A stretch of DNA of 64,000 nucleotides, taken from NCBI RefSeq assembly GCF_009914755.1, contig NC_060947.1, one strand, 5' to 3'. Origin of the DNA: the human T2T-CHM13v2.0 reference genome, Homo sapiens. A program made the translations under genes and the position numbers. Shown one piece after another: positions 34,765-49,095 of the stretch. Under the pieces are notes generated by a model that made no database searches, was not told the origin of the DNA, and saw nothing but the letters and a program-made list of their open reading frames with translations. The stretch's first letter is position 1; every line of letters begins with the position of its first letter.

Positions 34765-35050
34765 ATAGTAGGGAGGTTAATGAGTACAGACATACAATTA
34801 AATAGAAGGAATAAGTTCTAGTGTTTGATAGCACAACAGGGTAACTATGGGTAACAGCAATTTATTGTGTATTTTAAAATAGCTGGAAGACAAGATAAGA
34901 AATATTCTCAAACACAGAGAAAAGATGTTTGAGGTGATGGATATCCTAAATATCCTGATTTGATCATTACACATTGTATGTATGTGTCAAAATATCATAT
35001 GTGCCCCATAAATATGTACAATTATAATGTATCAATTAAAAATTTAAAAG
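34765..35050 (+). mobile_element. L1MA-like 3' end
   Basis: TAGAAGGAATAAGTTCTAGTGTTTGATAGCAC...GTGCCCCATAAATATGTACAATTATAATGTATCAATTAAAAA. Confidence 0.85.
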
Positions 35051-35134
35051 ATTAAGATGGCAAATTTTACATTATGGGTTTTTTGCCACAATTATTTTTT
35101 TTCAATGCTAGTTTTAGAACACTACTGCAAGTGT

Positions 35135-35232
35135 GCTAGGTCAAATCTCTTGGGTAAAGGGACTGGGAATGTGCATTTTAACAAGCTCCCTGGGGATTCT
35201 CAGGCACACACTAAGGTCTGAGAAGAGCTGTG
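35135..35232. mobile_element. MER5-like DNA transposon fragment
   Basis: GGAATGTGCATTTTAACAAGCTCCCTGGGGATTCT...AAGGTCTGAGAAGAGCTG. Confidence 0.7.
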
Positions 35233-35254
35233 CTTGGCCCCTACAATTCACAGA

Positions 35255-35425
35255 GCTCTATTCACCCACATCTTCTCATTTAACACATACCAACTCTGTA
35301 GGTGGGTATTACTGTAATCACTATTTCGCCAATAAGGAAATTAAGGCTCAGAAAAGCTAAGCAAATTGCTTTGGATCATAGAGCCAATAAATGGTGGAGC
35401 CAGGGTTCAAATCTGGGTCCACCTG
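35255..35425 (-). mobile_element. MIR
   Basis: AATAAGGAAATTAAGGCTCAGAAAAGCTAAGCAAATTGC...GGAGCCAGGGTTCAAATCTGGGTC. Confidence 0.7.
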
Positions 35426-38239
35426 CATCACATTGATTTTGTTTCATTGTGTATTTCAACTTGTTTCTTATCCATGGAAGTGAAAGTTAGACTGAATCTA
35501 CCTTCATGTGTTTGACAAAGTATTAAATGTCTCAAAACAGTATTTATCTGATCTTTTGTGGTTATTCCTATTAGCCTTTTTAGCCGGTGCTCATTCTTGT
35601 TTAGTGCTGTCTGATTTGTCACTCACTCTGATGCACAGGTATTATTCGATTGAACCAAACCAGGTTTTTCTTCTATTTGGATCAATGCTCTATATCTTTA
35701 GCCACCCGATGTATATATCTTATAAAATTCCCTATGTAGATTCATCTGCAGTTTTCTGTATTTATTTCCTCTAATTTCAAGATATAACTTTGAATTCTGT
35801 TGATATATCTCACAAAAAGTTTATTGAATTAATTAATATTGATCTTCTGCTCATAAATCTTTAGTGGCTCCTGAGTACCAAATTGTCTACTGAGTAATGT
35901 CCAAATTCCTTAACTTTGTATGTGAGACCTCTATAATCTGCTGTCAAGCTACCTTTCTAGCCTTTTCTCCTCTACATGTCTGATATTACATTCAATTGGA
36001 TAAAGAGTATTTGTCACTTTTGAGTATATGCATTGAACTTTTCTACCTTCCTGCTTTTGCTGCTGCCATTTCCAGTGTTTAGAATGCCTTTTCCAACCAT
36101 ATTTACCAATCTTTAGAAATTTGGCCCAATTCTTTCTGCATATGATCCCACCCTAAAGTGACTTCTCATCTTATGTGTTTTTAGTGCATTTAATTTGTTT
36201 TATGCATAAGACAAATTTTTTCAACTGCCTTGTATTACTGCAATTTTAATTTGTGGCCAATTTTTGCCTATGAGATTATAAGGACTTTAAGACAGACCAT
36301 AAACTTGTAGTCCTTAGTTTAACATTACTTTTGAACCTACTGTGTGTCACCCACTCTTCTAGGCACAAGGATCACTGAGATAAAAGAGAATTCCTGCCCT
36401 CGTGGGGCTCACAGCATAAAAGAGGAGACAGAGAGGTAAACAACTTTATATGTCATACAAGTATAACTCCTCACATTCACCCTAAGAATTGCCACTCTGT
36501 ACCTATCTTTTAAATTCAACAGAGTGGTCAGCAATGTAATTTCTTTGATAATTAATGACATATTTCAATCAGATCAAAAACTATTAGCTAGCAATCACAT
36601 AACTTCTGAGCTAAAACCAAATATAAATGGAATTTCACATAACTGGCCTGAGATATTTTAATTCATGTGTCTGAACTTGGATGGGACCCGCTGAATCCTC
36701 TTCAATAGTCAATAAACCTTTTGCAATGAAAAATAAACATATGACGGTGATTTAGTGAGTGTTTCTTATGTCAAGAGAAGGCTGTAGGTTTTGTGTTCAC
36801 TTATTTAGTGGGGTTTTCTTTGTCACCTATGATTATACTCATCTGAAACTATGAAAAAAATCAATATGGTATTGGATTGCTTTGGGATGGGAGGGGGTGG
36901 ATTAGAGAATAAGAAAATATCATACATGAACACAGTTACTTTGTGATAAAGAATTACAAACAGAAAATACAGGCTGATAAAGCCTTAGAATGAAATTGAA
37001 ATTATTCCTGCATTCACTTGGTATTCTGTAGTATTTATAACAAAGTTTAACAAAGCCTTTCTTAGCCCTATGGACCATATACTTAAGATAAAATGTCTAC
37101 CAGTTGAGGAGTATAAGTGTATTCTAAGTGATGAAGTTTATTGTAACCTAAAATAACAAGAAGCATGGAGCATTTGGGGACCCTTGTTATTGAAAATGAT
37201 AATAGGTAATGTTCTTGGTTGTTACCTTGATTTTTCTTTAGAAAGAGCAAAGCCGTCATTTGGGCTCCTGGCCCTCTGAAGGAGATGGTTGTCTCTATTA
37301 CTGTGCATTTGTTTAGCACTCCATGCTGTCAAAGCCCTTTCTTTGTTCACCTGCTGGACGTGTCAGATGTATTAATGAGATGATTTTAGTCACAATACAT
37401 TGGTTTCTTTCCATTTTTGGATCATGATTAGTGTTAAAGGTGGAATTACAAACACGGTCTGGGTATAGGATCACAACAATATCTCTAATTAGTGGAGCAC
37501 CTTGACAAACAAACACTTCAAACACAAAGAAAGCTGTATTTTGTGATACTCTTCAGTTTACTGAAACTCTCTTAGAAAGATTTTCCCAGGGAAACTGATT
37601 CCTTTTTAGGTTTCATTTTGTCAATTTGCATTTGGTTTTTAATATGCTTTGCTTTAATTTATGAAGTCTAAAGTGAATGAATGATGAATAAATATGTTTT
37701 CTTATGCATTTTAACCCACACATAAGTGTATAAGTCTTCATATGCATATGCATACGTGCACATACACATGCACCTCTTTTGTTTTGGCCCTGGCCCTTCA
37801 AACTCAGGTAACCCACCTGCATGCCCCATATCCTGAAATTGTGGAAAAGCTTAGAGGATTCTTGATATTCCAGTTGTTGCCTAGGCCTTCTACTTGCCTG
37901 CTCCTCATTTGATCTTGATGGTGGCTCTTCTCTCCCTCATTCTGTACCCTGCCTCCATACGTTTCTCTGGCCACCTTTGGTTTTGCCATTTTTCCTTCTA
38001 GATGTTCCTCTCACTTCTGCATTTTTGCATGTTGTGGCTTTCACAAAATGCTCTAATCTCTGTGCCTCTCTTGATTTTGGTGCTTTTGTTGCCTCATAAA
38101 AGAAACTCCCTATTCTAGCATTTCTCGTTGAACGAGATCCTGGTGTGAGAAAATAAGAGGAATAAAGGGTGGAAAAATATGGCATTTTACTTTGTGTGAA
38201 ATTTATATTTAATCATTGAGAAAATATTGAGTTGAATGA

Positions 38240-38935
38240 CCGTATGCAGTGCTCTCCTCCTCCCTCCAGTCCAAGTCACAATCCTCTTTTGTCTGAACTA
38301 CTGCAATACTACTGTCCTCTGAGCTTTAACCCTTGTTCCCTACAATTCATGCACCATGGAATCCATGCAATGGAATGACCTTGTAACATATAAATCAGAT
38401 AATGCCATTCATCTGGGTCAAAACTCTCTCCAGAGAAATTGGATAAAAGTGAATTCTTGACCATGGTCTATGAGGCTCTGTATTATATTTCCCCTGCCTA
38501 CCTCTCTGCCTTATCTCTGCTTCCTCTGCTTCAGCCTCATTGGCCTTCTTGCTGCTTCACAAAAACACTACACTCTTTCACACTTGAAGGCTTTGCACTG
38601 GCTTTTTCCTCTTTCTGTAATACCCTGATCCTTGATCACACAAACTGATTTTTTCTTGTCATTCAGATTTCAAGTCGGATATCACCTCTTTGGAGAGTTT
38701 GCTGGCCTCGCAATTGGATGTGTCTCCCAGCACTCTCTACCATATGATACTGTTTTATTTTCATTATATGTTCTTGCTCATTCATATATTTAGCTGTTTA
38801 CTATCTGTCTTCCCACCGTTAGCATGTGAATTCCATAAAAGCAGGGATCTGGTCTGGCTTGTTCATTTCTGAAAACCCAGCAACTAGAACAATGCCTGGC
38901 ATTCAGTGGAACTGCATAAATATATGTTTATTAAT
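38240..38935 (+). mobile_element. L2 3' region
   Basis: TCAGCCTCATTGGCCTTCTTGCTG...GGCTTTGCACTGGCT...AGAACAATGCCTGGCATTCAGTGG...ATAAATATATGTT. Confidence 0.75.
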
Positions 38936-39162
38936 ATTTTGGCCTTTGAGTGAAAGCTAGAGTATATATATACTTAACATATATTAAGTAAGTATATTAA
39001 CACACTTAACATATATTCATTCATTACTTCTCGCGATGGCCTTGTCAGATAAATGACATAATCTGCATTGTATAGATGAAAAAAACTAAGGTCCAAAGTG
39101 TAAAGTGACACACATATATAGGAAGCGGTGATGCTAGTATTGGACCCGAAGTCTATATGATG

Positions 39163-39730
39163 CTGTATCCGTCTTCTGTTGCTGCATAATGAATTACCGC
39201 AAGCTTCATAACTTAAAACAACACTCATTTATTATCTCACAATTTCTAAAGTTTAAATATCCAGGCATGGCTTTCCTGAGTTCTCTGCTCAGGGTGACAC
39301 AAAGCTGCAATCAAGGTACCAGTTCGATTGTATTCTAGTCTGGAGGCTTGCCTAGGGAAGGAGCCACTTCCAAGCTCTCTCAGATTGTTGGAAGAATTTA
39401 TTGTGGCCATAGAGTTTGTGGCAGCATGCTTCTTCCTATCTAACAGTGGAGAGACTGGATTCCTGGTATGAGAAAATAAGATAGATAAAGGGTCCATTAT
39501 AAAGGTCTGCTCTTTTAGTCTCTGACTTCCAGGAAGGTCTAGATCCTCTTTTAAAGGATTCACCAGATTAGATCCAGCCCACCCAATATAACATCCGTTT
39601 TTGATTAACTAAAATGCAATGGATTAGGGACCTTAATTATATCTGCAAAACAGGTCCTACCCAAACTCAAGAGAAGGAGATTATACAGGGTTGTGAGACA
39701 TTAGGGGTCATCTTAAAATTTTGCCTGTCG
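39163..39730 (-). mobile_element. MLT1 (MaLR) LTR
   Basis: AACTTAAAACAACACTCATTTATTATCTCACAATTTC...GGGACCTTAATTATATCTGCAAAA...GGGGTCATCTTAAAATTTTGCCT. Confidence 0.8.
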
Positions 39731-41449
39731 TATGGTACAAAAGATCTTTCTATTTCTACTCTAATCTACTTTGGGTAGAAGATTGGGTGCAAGATCCTTT
39801 AGAGTTTTAAGATACTGTAATTGTATAAATACATAGAAGAAGGAATAACTCCCAAGTGAATAAATTGTTAAGAAGAGATTACCCAAACCATTGCACTTGA
39901 AAATGCAATGCAAATCACAAGAAATAAACAGAGCATTGTATGTGATCAAATCTGAGATTGACCCTCATCTCTCATGTTGGATCACAGTTTGCTTTGCAAT
40001 TCTCTGCTCCTCTTGGCCATCCCATTTTGTCATTCAGAATGGAGACACTCCACTTGAAAGGTGAACTCATGTTGTCAGATATGTGCCTTACTGAAGCAAA
40101 AAGATGGCTTTCTATGGAAAGTGAACAGATGTAACCAGGCAGCTGCATTAAAGACATGCCTTTGAATTGCCTTTTGGAATTTCCTGCTTTGGAAACTAGG
40201 AAAAAATGGATAAGCCATGTCTTGAGAGTCTGCATGTATTCATTCACTGAACTTCTACAGAGCATCTCTCAGGTGCTAAACTCCATGGAGCCTAGGAACA
40301 GAGGTCCAAAGATGCACAGAAGAGGGTTCCTACCTCAAGGAGCTTACAGTTTAATGGAACAAATAGACCAACAAGCTGAGTAGTATAAAGATGTGTGTAG
40401 GCTTAGGCATTGGAGTGGGGGTAGAGAGCAACCACTTCTGCCATGCTGAGAAAGAGTTTCCAGAGGACAAGCCAGGTCATGAAAGATGCATAGGTGCTCA
40501 CTTTATAGTTTAAAAGGGCAGGATCTTAAAAGACATTCTAATAAGGGGGAACAGCATGTGCAAAGGAATAAAGACCTGAAAGGGCATAGCATTTGGGGTA
40601 CTGTGTAAGATTCAGAGGGGAGAGCAGAGAGTGAGTGTGGGGGACAGGAGAACTGAGGTGAGAAAGCTAGTTACAGTGTGTGAGTAGCACTGTTGTTGTG
40701 GTATAGGTGGCCTCATTCAGAGGAAGGCACCCCGATCAGACTGGAGGATATGATGTGGTCTGTCATCATATGGCTCTATAAGCAATATATACTAATGTCA
40801 GTAGCATAGTGCAGACCCTACCAAAGGGCCCCCTATAAAGGGTATATGATGTCTAGGACTTTCCCCTATATAGTTAGTCAGTGAAAACCTGAGAAACTCC
40901 TACTGCTGCTTTTGTGTTTCATATTATTTTAATGGAAATTATGCATTTGCTTAATCCTAAATAACCAACATTGAATTTTATGACATAGGAGTGTATGGGA
41001 AATTAAAAATCCATTTTGTTTTTCTTCATTTTTTTTACCCAATGAAGACCAAAAAATGTATCTTTTAAAACTTTTAATATTAAATGTCTTTCAGAATGAC
41101 TATTTTTATATTAATGTGAAGCATATGAAATTGGTGCAAAGAACTGTAAGAACAAACAAGTCTCTTGTATGCCTTTCAGTTCTCACGAGGTGCTTCTGAT
41201 GGTAGTGCTGTAAGTGAAGTGCCCATCTCGTGTTTAGAGTGTGGGTTTCCAATGATGCTAGAACAAAACCCAAGAGGCCAATTGCCTTGGTATATGTGTG
41301 TACATTTGCAGGGGTGGGAGACGTTAGCAGAAAAGTTGAAAGTAAACTCAAAATACATAGCTTCATCATTTATAAGTAATATTCCACAAGGATTACTTTT
41401 ATTTTTATTTCTTAAATAATAATTCATAATTTACAGATAACTTTAAAAT

Positions 41450-43020
41450 CTGATAAGGTCAGGATTTGGAGCTAGCCAGATCTGGATTCAAAGCCAGATT
41501 CACCACTTCCTAGCTATGTTTATTTGTAGATTTGAGTGAGTGGCTCACCTTCTACCAATTTCACTTTCCTTATTTCTAAAACAGGAACACAGTAATTAAA
41601 TTATCTTGAAGTTTTACTAAATAAATTATGTGAGGGAACAAATATAAAATGTGTAACATCGGGAGCAAGAAATAGAGATTGGGTCATGGAAAAGACAGCA
41701 TGTAGAGTGGTAGGAGCACACATTTTGGAGTTATTCCTTCACTCAATAAGCACTGATTGAGTGAGACGTTCAGTAAGTGCCAGGTATTGGGTTAGGTTCT
41801 AGAGGCACAATGATGAATAAGGTTACTTGATCTGTCTTAGAGCTTGACCCTGGTGATTAGAGCACCATCTCTGCCACTTACTAGCTGTGTAAGCTTGGTA
41901 AGAGCCATTTCTTCTCTCTGATCTTTGGTTTGCACATGTGTAAAGTGGGAATAATAATACCTGCCTTGCAGTATTCTTGTGAGGTTCAATGAAACAATGT
42001 ATGTAAAATATTACGCTTATGGTAGTTGCACAGTAAAACAAGGCAATAGATCATCATTGTCATCATCATCAGAATCTCATTATTGCCAAAAGAAGTTTAA
42101 AGTAGTTGGTTCACTGAGAGATATTTGGAGCTGAAACTACAGACTCTTCTGGATTTAAGCGAGTTCTGTGGATTTTCTAATGCCTTTTCTGGTGTTGCAG
42201 CACATTGAGTCCCCACCTCCCCAACCCTGCCTTCAGCCCATTTTAGCTCGGGAGATAAACATTAACTTCAACATTATAAGACCATTTAATTGTAGCTCTT
42301 GCAGAAGCTTAATCCAGAATCTGTTCCAACCTCCTTAACTGACCAGTGAAAGCAGAGACCGGTTATTGCCATTCAGGAGCAGAGCCCAGCTTTTCTGACT
42401 CCAAGTTGAATGCTCCTTCTACCTTCCCACTGCTGCTTACAGAATGAAGGAGCAGTGAGGCAAATGTACCTTCAAACTGCACATAACATAAAGCAACTTG
42501 TCTCCTAAATGTAACTGAGAGTGGACAGATGGCAAAAAAGAAGGACTGCTTTATAAAGGTAATTTTGTCATCAATATTATTGTGGATGACAACCTTAGTT
42601 TTGTAGGTCTTGTGTTGGGAAAGTCAACGTGTAGCCGGGTTTTTTTTTTCTGTATAGTTATTGGGTTCTATGACACAACAAAAGTCTGGTTTATGGTTAG
42701 CTGGTTTATATTTTCTCCTGCATATTTTACTTTGATCTTTACTTGTAGAATAGCACCATGGAAATACAAAGGTTCTGGAGCCAGTGATAGAGCTAGTGTT
42801 AAATCCCAATTCTGTCATTTATTATCTATGTAAGTGACTAGAGGCATGAGGCATGCCACTTGACCTCTCTGAACCTCAGTTTCCTCATAAGTAAAAGGAT
42901 GGTAATAATAGTCTTTATACTGCAGGTTTGTTGTGAGGATTCAGTGAGTTAATCTGTATAAGATGCTTAGAATAGTTCCTGATACCTAGTATGTACTCAG
43001 TAAATATAAGCTATGTAAAT
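41450..43020 (+). mobile_element. Cluster of MIR/L2 relics (~41460-41640, ~41690-42050, ~42770-43015)
   Basis: GAGCTAGCCAGATCTGGATTCAAAGCC; CCTCTCTGAACCTCAGTTTCCTCATAAGTAAAA...GTTGTGAGGATT cores. Confidence 0.65.
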
Positions 43021-46000
43021 ATTATTTTACAATATTACATATTGTAATATACGTTCAAAACCTTATCAGTTGGCAGTTGCTACCATCTTAAATTGTATGC
43101 AAATATTGAGAAGCCTGAGACATTTAAAATAATTTGCTATGGTATCACCTTATACTTGGATGACACATTAACTTTCTAATCTTTTAACATATTAATAAAT
43201 ATTGATTGAGAGCTTGTTCTGTGCCAGGCACTGTTTTATCCCAATGAAAGAAGCAGGATCAGTATAAGTATCTCCATCTGAAAAAGGAAAAAGCACATGT
43301 ACATAGATATTAGAGTATTTGCTTCATGCCATGTTGCTTGTTAGGAATTCAGGTGGACTGGAGCTCAGATCTTTTGAGTTTTTACTCAAAGCTCTTCCAG
43401 CTTTATTCTGCTATTGTGTCTGGTGCAATGGGCCTGGCCAGGGGCATGCTGAGTGAGTAACAGGAATGCTCCTTTAAGAGGCAGTGCTGTGTACTTAAAG
43501 AGGAGGCTGATTTTTTTTTTTTTAAAGGTGGCCAGGAGGCACCAAGAGCTAAAGGAGAGTCCAAAATCCAAAGTTCAGGAGAGAAACAGAGTTCAGAGCA
43601 GCTGGGAGCAGGCAGGTATCAGGAGCCCACTGAAGGAGCATAGCAAGGTGCAGCCAAGCACTCTTACAGATGGCCTGGCTGACTTGAGTGGGCTTCCTGT
43701 CTGTGTGGCAGTTTTTGTCCTGGGGCATCGTCAATGCAGTGCTGGGCTTCTGTTCCAGCAAGGCTCTTTTTTTTCCTTGAGATGTTTCTCTGCATGAAGG
43801 CAAATCTTTTCTCTTAAAAGGGTGTCTATTGTCTTGATTGTGATAATATACGCTAGCATCATTGTAAATCAATAAAGCTTGTTGTAACAGGTAGTCAGGT
43901 AAGTGCAGGAACTTCAAAGAACTTTGGCAGAAATGATGCTTGTGGATGAAATTTAGTGTGGGAAGTGGAGAAGACAGCAAAAATGAAAATGGGCTCTCCT
44001 TTTTGTACCAAGATGGCACTCCTGACCCCTGGTCATTCCTTCTCAGCCACAAAGATGGATTTGCACTAGTCTAGCCACATTTTCTCCTTGACTCTTCTTG
44101 TGACCAACAATGCCATTTGCCAGATGATTCAATGGGTGAGAGGAGAGCATGGGACTGTGACATGGCCAAGTTAACTGACCCATGTGGGAACTGGACTGAT
44201 AGCTTTCACATAAGGCTTCCAGAATCTCATTTCTTATAAACTATAGCATTAAACAAAAGGTTATGTAAACAGATCAAAACCAATTGACTTTGGAGTAAAA
44301 AAATGGCATTCGTTCTGACTTGTAATCCTCATCCATTTTTTTAGACAGATGTCTGGGATTAGGAGTTTGAATGAAGACTTAATTTGAAAATGACAAGGCA
44401 CTCATATTGACAACAGGAGGACTTTGGTACCTATAAATTGCTGGTGAGAATGTACTATTGACTCTGAGCAGGCAACTTTAAACGTTAAGAGTTTAAGGAG
44501 TAAAGGGCTGAATAGCCCCTAAATCAGAGTCTCCAAATCTCAAGATCCTCATTATGATCTACCACCTCCACTGAAGAAAAATACTAGCTTTAAAGAACTC
44601 CTTGAATTTCTTAATGTATAAAATTTTTTTCCAGGTTGAAAGTTCTTTTACATTTCTGTGCTTCAAATCTATGGAAGTATAAGAATCAAAGTTAGACATA
44701 AAGTCGTGAGTAAAGTTCAAGTTCCACATTTTGCTGCAGATAACGAGTCGAACATCTGACAATGCTGCTTTGCAGTTACCTCTGGCTCTTTCCTAGTGAC
44801 ATTGTTAGTATTAGTGCTAACAAAAGTGCCAGCACCATTTTTAGGTTTTCTGGGGTGTTAGCGTCTATCCCTCATCACCCCCCTCCTCCTCTTCCCACCC
44901 ACTGACTTGCAAGGGTATAGCCTGTTGTTGTAATACACTTGTTCTTCCATTTCTATAAAGAATTTTTCTCCTTTCCTTCTCTCTATTGTCTCTGGATGTA
45001 GCCTGATTTTCACAGTAAGGCTCCCACCTTCTTTCAGTTGCAGAATGACCTTGGAATCTTTTGCTGGGGGAGAATCGCTCTCTTGCCTTCTAGCTAGTAA
45101 TTAGTGTCAGATGATGCAAACTGCATGGGTTACAAATACAGCTAGGAAAGGTGAGACGTGCCTATTGGTTGAAAATATTCACATCATGGAATTGTTGGAA
45201 AACTTGAGTATTGAGCCCTTGTATATTACATATATAGTATGAATATATATATATATAATTTGTAATAAGATGTGGATGGAGTGCAACTCCTCACTCTCCC
45301 ATTTTGGAGCTGAGTTTCTTTACACTGCAGTATTCGTTTTGATAACCGTGCAGAGACAGATGGCATTTTGTCTGCCTTCCAGAACAGAGGAATAGTTTGC
45401 CTAGCTATAGCTAGTATAATGAGAAGCCGTGTAAGTTGAAGATGAGGTAAAACCAGAGCATCTGTCAGTCCTCACGTGCCAGATTGGAGATGCTGCAGAC
45501 GAACTAATATTTCAACAAAAAGTTGAAGCGAGTATAGATTTGTGACCAAAATGATTGCATTTGATAACAATGCCATAGCAGATGTCCTAGAGTTCATGCT
45601 TGGTTTTTATTACTGCTCTGTGAGTGTTTTTGGAAGCGAGACCTACCAGCACAGCTTGTATGGTGCATGTTCATTATAAAATTTTATTTTACAGAAGACA
45701 ATGAGATGGAAAATTTGTAGCTAATTTGGTACTTTCCTACTTTATCATGTTTCTTTACTTATTATTTGGGAAAAGGTTCTATTCTTGTTTGATTTACATT
45801 GGCGTGTTCTAGCACAATAAAAGAATATCGTGTTAATTTGAGGTAGAGAATGAAAACCCAAATGAATGTCCATTATCTAATATTATGTTTTCAGTATGGA
45901 CCATAGGAAGATACGTTTTAACCTATCTGGGGTCCTCCTTTTCATCTATTTTCTCTTATTTTTTTTTTTTTGTTATTTGAGGGTAATTTTTAAAAAGTCC

Positions 46001-47442
46001 TTTAGGAATCCTGATTAGGAGAGAAACAGGAAATATAAGTATTTCAAAACATGTAATACATGATAAATATATACAAAGTTTATTTGTCAATTTAAAAATT
46101 AATTAATTTTTAAAAAAGAAAGAAAAGAAACAGGAGAACAATGGTTTGCTTGCTAACATCTTTCTTCAATAGTTAGATTAGTAGTTAGTATTTCCTCAAG
46201 AAAGTAATTGCTTTAGACTTCGATGGTTTAAGTTCTTTATATATTGTGAAGAATGTGCTTCTAAGTGTGCATGATGCTTGTTTGGCCTCAGTGCTATATA
46301 AAGCAGCGTTAATGTGACTCAATTAAAGAAAGTCATGGGCTCAGAACCCAAATCCCACCACATGTGCCTTATATGAAGGACAACTTCTCTGGGTTTTAGT
46401 GGAATGGGAAATAGCTATATAACCTGATTGCCTTAAAACATACCCTTATTGGGAGAAGGCAATTATTTTCAAAGGTTGATGTATGTTAATAAAAGATTAC
46501 ATATAATAGTCAAAATGTTATAGCATCGAGTTTACACGCAGAAAGACAGTCCAATTACATACGAAAATACATCCTATTACAGAAGCTGTTAGGACGATTT
46601 CTCTGCCATGTCTTGTAAGCAAATCGTAGTTGAGGACAAGTGTTCCTGTCTCCCTGCAACTCAATGGCTCTTGGGAAACATATGGTTTTACTTCTGGAGC
46701 TCCTCTTTTTGCTTCCCTTCAAGGTCTTAACTCAGATTATTCTATTTCCTAGCAGTTTGTGGTGTTGGAGGCTTTGGGTTACATGGAAACCAGTAGCATG
46801 GTTTTGGGTTTGCCTGCATGGGTTGATATCTGCAGTTGTTTTGTAGAGCGCTAAACCACACTCCTGGCAAGTGTCAGTTTGAATTAAAAATGTTGATATA
46901 GTAACACACTAGTGTGTTAAAATAGATATGTGTGTAATTAAATAAACATGCCTAGCCGAAAGAAGAGAAAGAACCTATTCAATTTACTCTCATCTACTTA
47001 AAGGTAATCTTGCTTGTCAGCTGTCCTTATATTGCTTGTTTTCTCAATGCTCTTTTTAAAAACAGTTTTCTTATTTTTAAAGGGAATTGAATTTCATATT
47101 TTTAAAACATTAAATCTATTATAAATAATTATCAGATAATCTAATGTTCTGAATGGCATATCTCAGATATTAGGCTTCTGAGATTTTAGATAGATTAAAA
47201 TGTTTTAAGAAATGTGTACATCGTATTGCAGAAAATTTTAATTAGCATGCTGCAGAGAATTTTCTCATGCATCCCCCTGAATCTGATCAGATCACTTCCT
47301 TGCTTACAAACTTTCAAAGTTCTAGAAGAGAAGCATCTTTGTATGACATTCAAGGTCTTTCATATGTCTTAAGATCCAGTCCTGTCTCCCATTGCTCTCC
47401 CTACCCCTTTCTCACACTGAGCTCTAACCCTCAAAACCCAAG

Positions 47443-48248
47443 AAGACATTTATACAGCCAACAGACACATGAAAAAATGCTCATCATCCCTGGCCATCAG
47501 AGAAATGCAAATCAAAACCACAATGAGATACCATCTCACACCAGCTAGAATGGCGATCATTAAAAAGTCAGGAAACAACAGGTGCTGGAGAGGATGTGGA
47601 GAAATAGGAACACTTTTACACTGTTGGTGGGACTGTAAATTAGATCAACCATTGTGGAAGACAGGGTGGCGATTCCTCAAGGATCTAGAACTAGAAATAC
47701 CATTTGACCCAGCAATCCCATTACTGGGTATATACCCAAAGGGTTATAAATCATGCTGTTATAAAGACACATGCACACATATGTTTATTGCAGCACTATT
47801 CGCAATAGTAAAGACTTGGAAGCAAGCCAAATGTCCATCAATGATAGACTGAATTAAGAAAATGTGGCACATATACACCATGGAATACTATGCAGCCATA
47901 AAAAAGAATGAGTTCATGTCCTTTGTAGGGACATGGATGAAGCTGGAAACCATCATTCTCAGCAAACTATCACAAGGACAAAAAACCAAACACCACATGT
48001 TCTCACTCATAGGTGGGAATTGAACAATGAAAACACATGGACACAGGAAGGGGAACATCACACACTAGGGCCTGTCATGGGGTGGGGGGAGGGGGGAGGG
48101 ATAGCATTAGGAGATATACCTAATGTAAATGATGAGTTAATGGGTGCAGCACACCAACATGACACATGTATACCTATGTAACAAACCTGCACGTTGTGCA
48201 CATGTACCCTAGAACTTAAATTATAATAAAAAAATAAATAAAACAAAA
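47443..48248 (+). mobile_element. 5'-truncated L1PA (about PA5/6) 3' end, inserted in an L2-like relic
   Basis: TSD CAAAACCCAAG at 47432-47442 and 48249-48259; ORF2 C-terminus, 3'UTR and A tail. Confidence 0.93.
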
Positions 48249-48939
48249 CAAAACCCAAGTGACACCAAGGCTTCCTTGTGCTACCGTGCCTTGGCACATG
48301 CTGTAGCTTCCAAGTAAAATCCCCTTTTTACTGCCCACCTTCTGTTTCCTCTTTTAATTGTCCCTACCAGGCATGACATTCATATTCTGACACTAAAATT
48401 CTTGAAACTGCCAAATAGGTATGCAATAATAATAACTCTTGCAAGCCATTCTACAAGCTCATGGTACATATATGCCTATGGCTCTCATTCTTTCCCATTA
48501 ATTGCTCAAGTTCCTACATGCTCATTGGCAGGAAATACAGTATCTCTCTCGACAGTCTTCTCCTACCCCTGTGACATTTCGAGGAACTCTAAGTCTTCAC
48601 ACAGTTCAGAGAGGATGGGCCTCTGGGCTTCTCCACCTAAATAAAGGAGAAATTGGAATATAAGTTCTCTCTCGCTATTGCCATACAGGGATGCTTTGGA
48701 AAACTGGCAACATTTGAAGGCTTCAACATGATTTTTCTTGTACCTCTCACACTTTCATATATATATATATTTTTTTTCAAAGAACCCCCAATAGATTCAA
48801 TCACCTCTGACACTGGAAGAAAGAAAAAGACACATTTGATTTCCATGGGTTACCCTCTACCTTAGAATTTTAAAAAGGAAGAATTCAAGTGACAAAGTAT
48901 TTGTATCTTAATAATAATCAAGATCTTACATTTGTATAA

Positions 48940-49095
48940 CACTTTCAAAATACTTCCATATAATATCAATAGAGGAGATAGGGTTGCTGCTTGCTATAGA
49001 TGAAAAAAATTGAGGTTTAGAGAAGTGAAGCAGTGGGCTTAAAATGACAAAGCAAGCTAAGTCATAGATTTTGGACCAGAGCCTGTTTTTGACTC
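48940..49095 (-). mobile_element. MIR relic
   Basis: ATAGATGAAAAAAATTGAGGTTTAGAGAAGTGAAGCAG. Confidence 0.55.

Noticed and set aside
43500-43620. Possible exon after a poly-T/AAAG acceptor within the 114-aa ORF 43453-43797
   Set aside because: Weak donor, no recognisable protein similarity, no partner exons
44790-44832. Short hairpin TGTTAGTA...TGCTAACA, considered as a pre-miRNA
   Set aside because: Stem too short and no recognised mature miRNA
46902-46919. Perfect 18-bp palindrome TAACACACTAGTGTGTTA
   Set aside because: Isolated, with no associated element or context supporting a function
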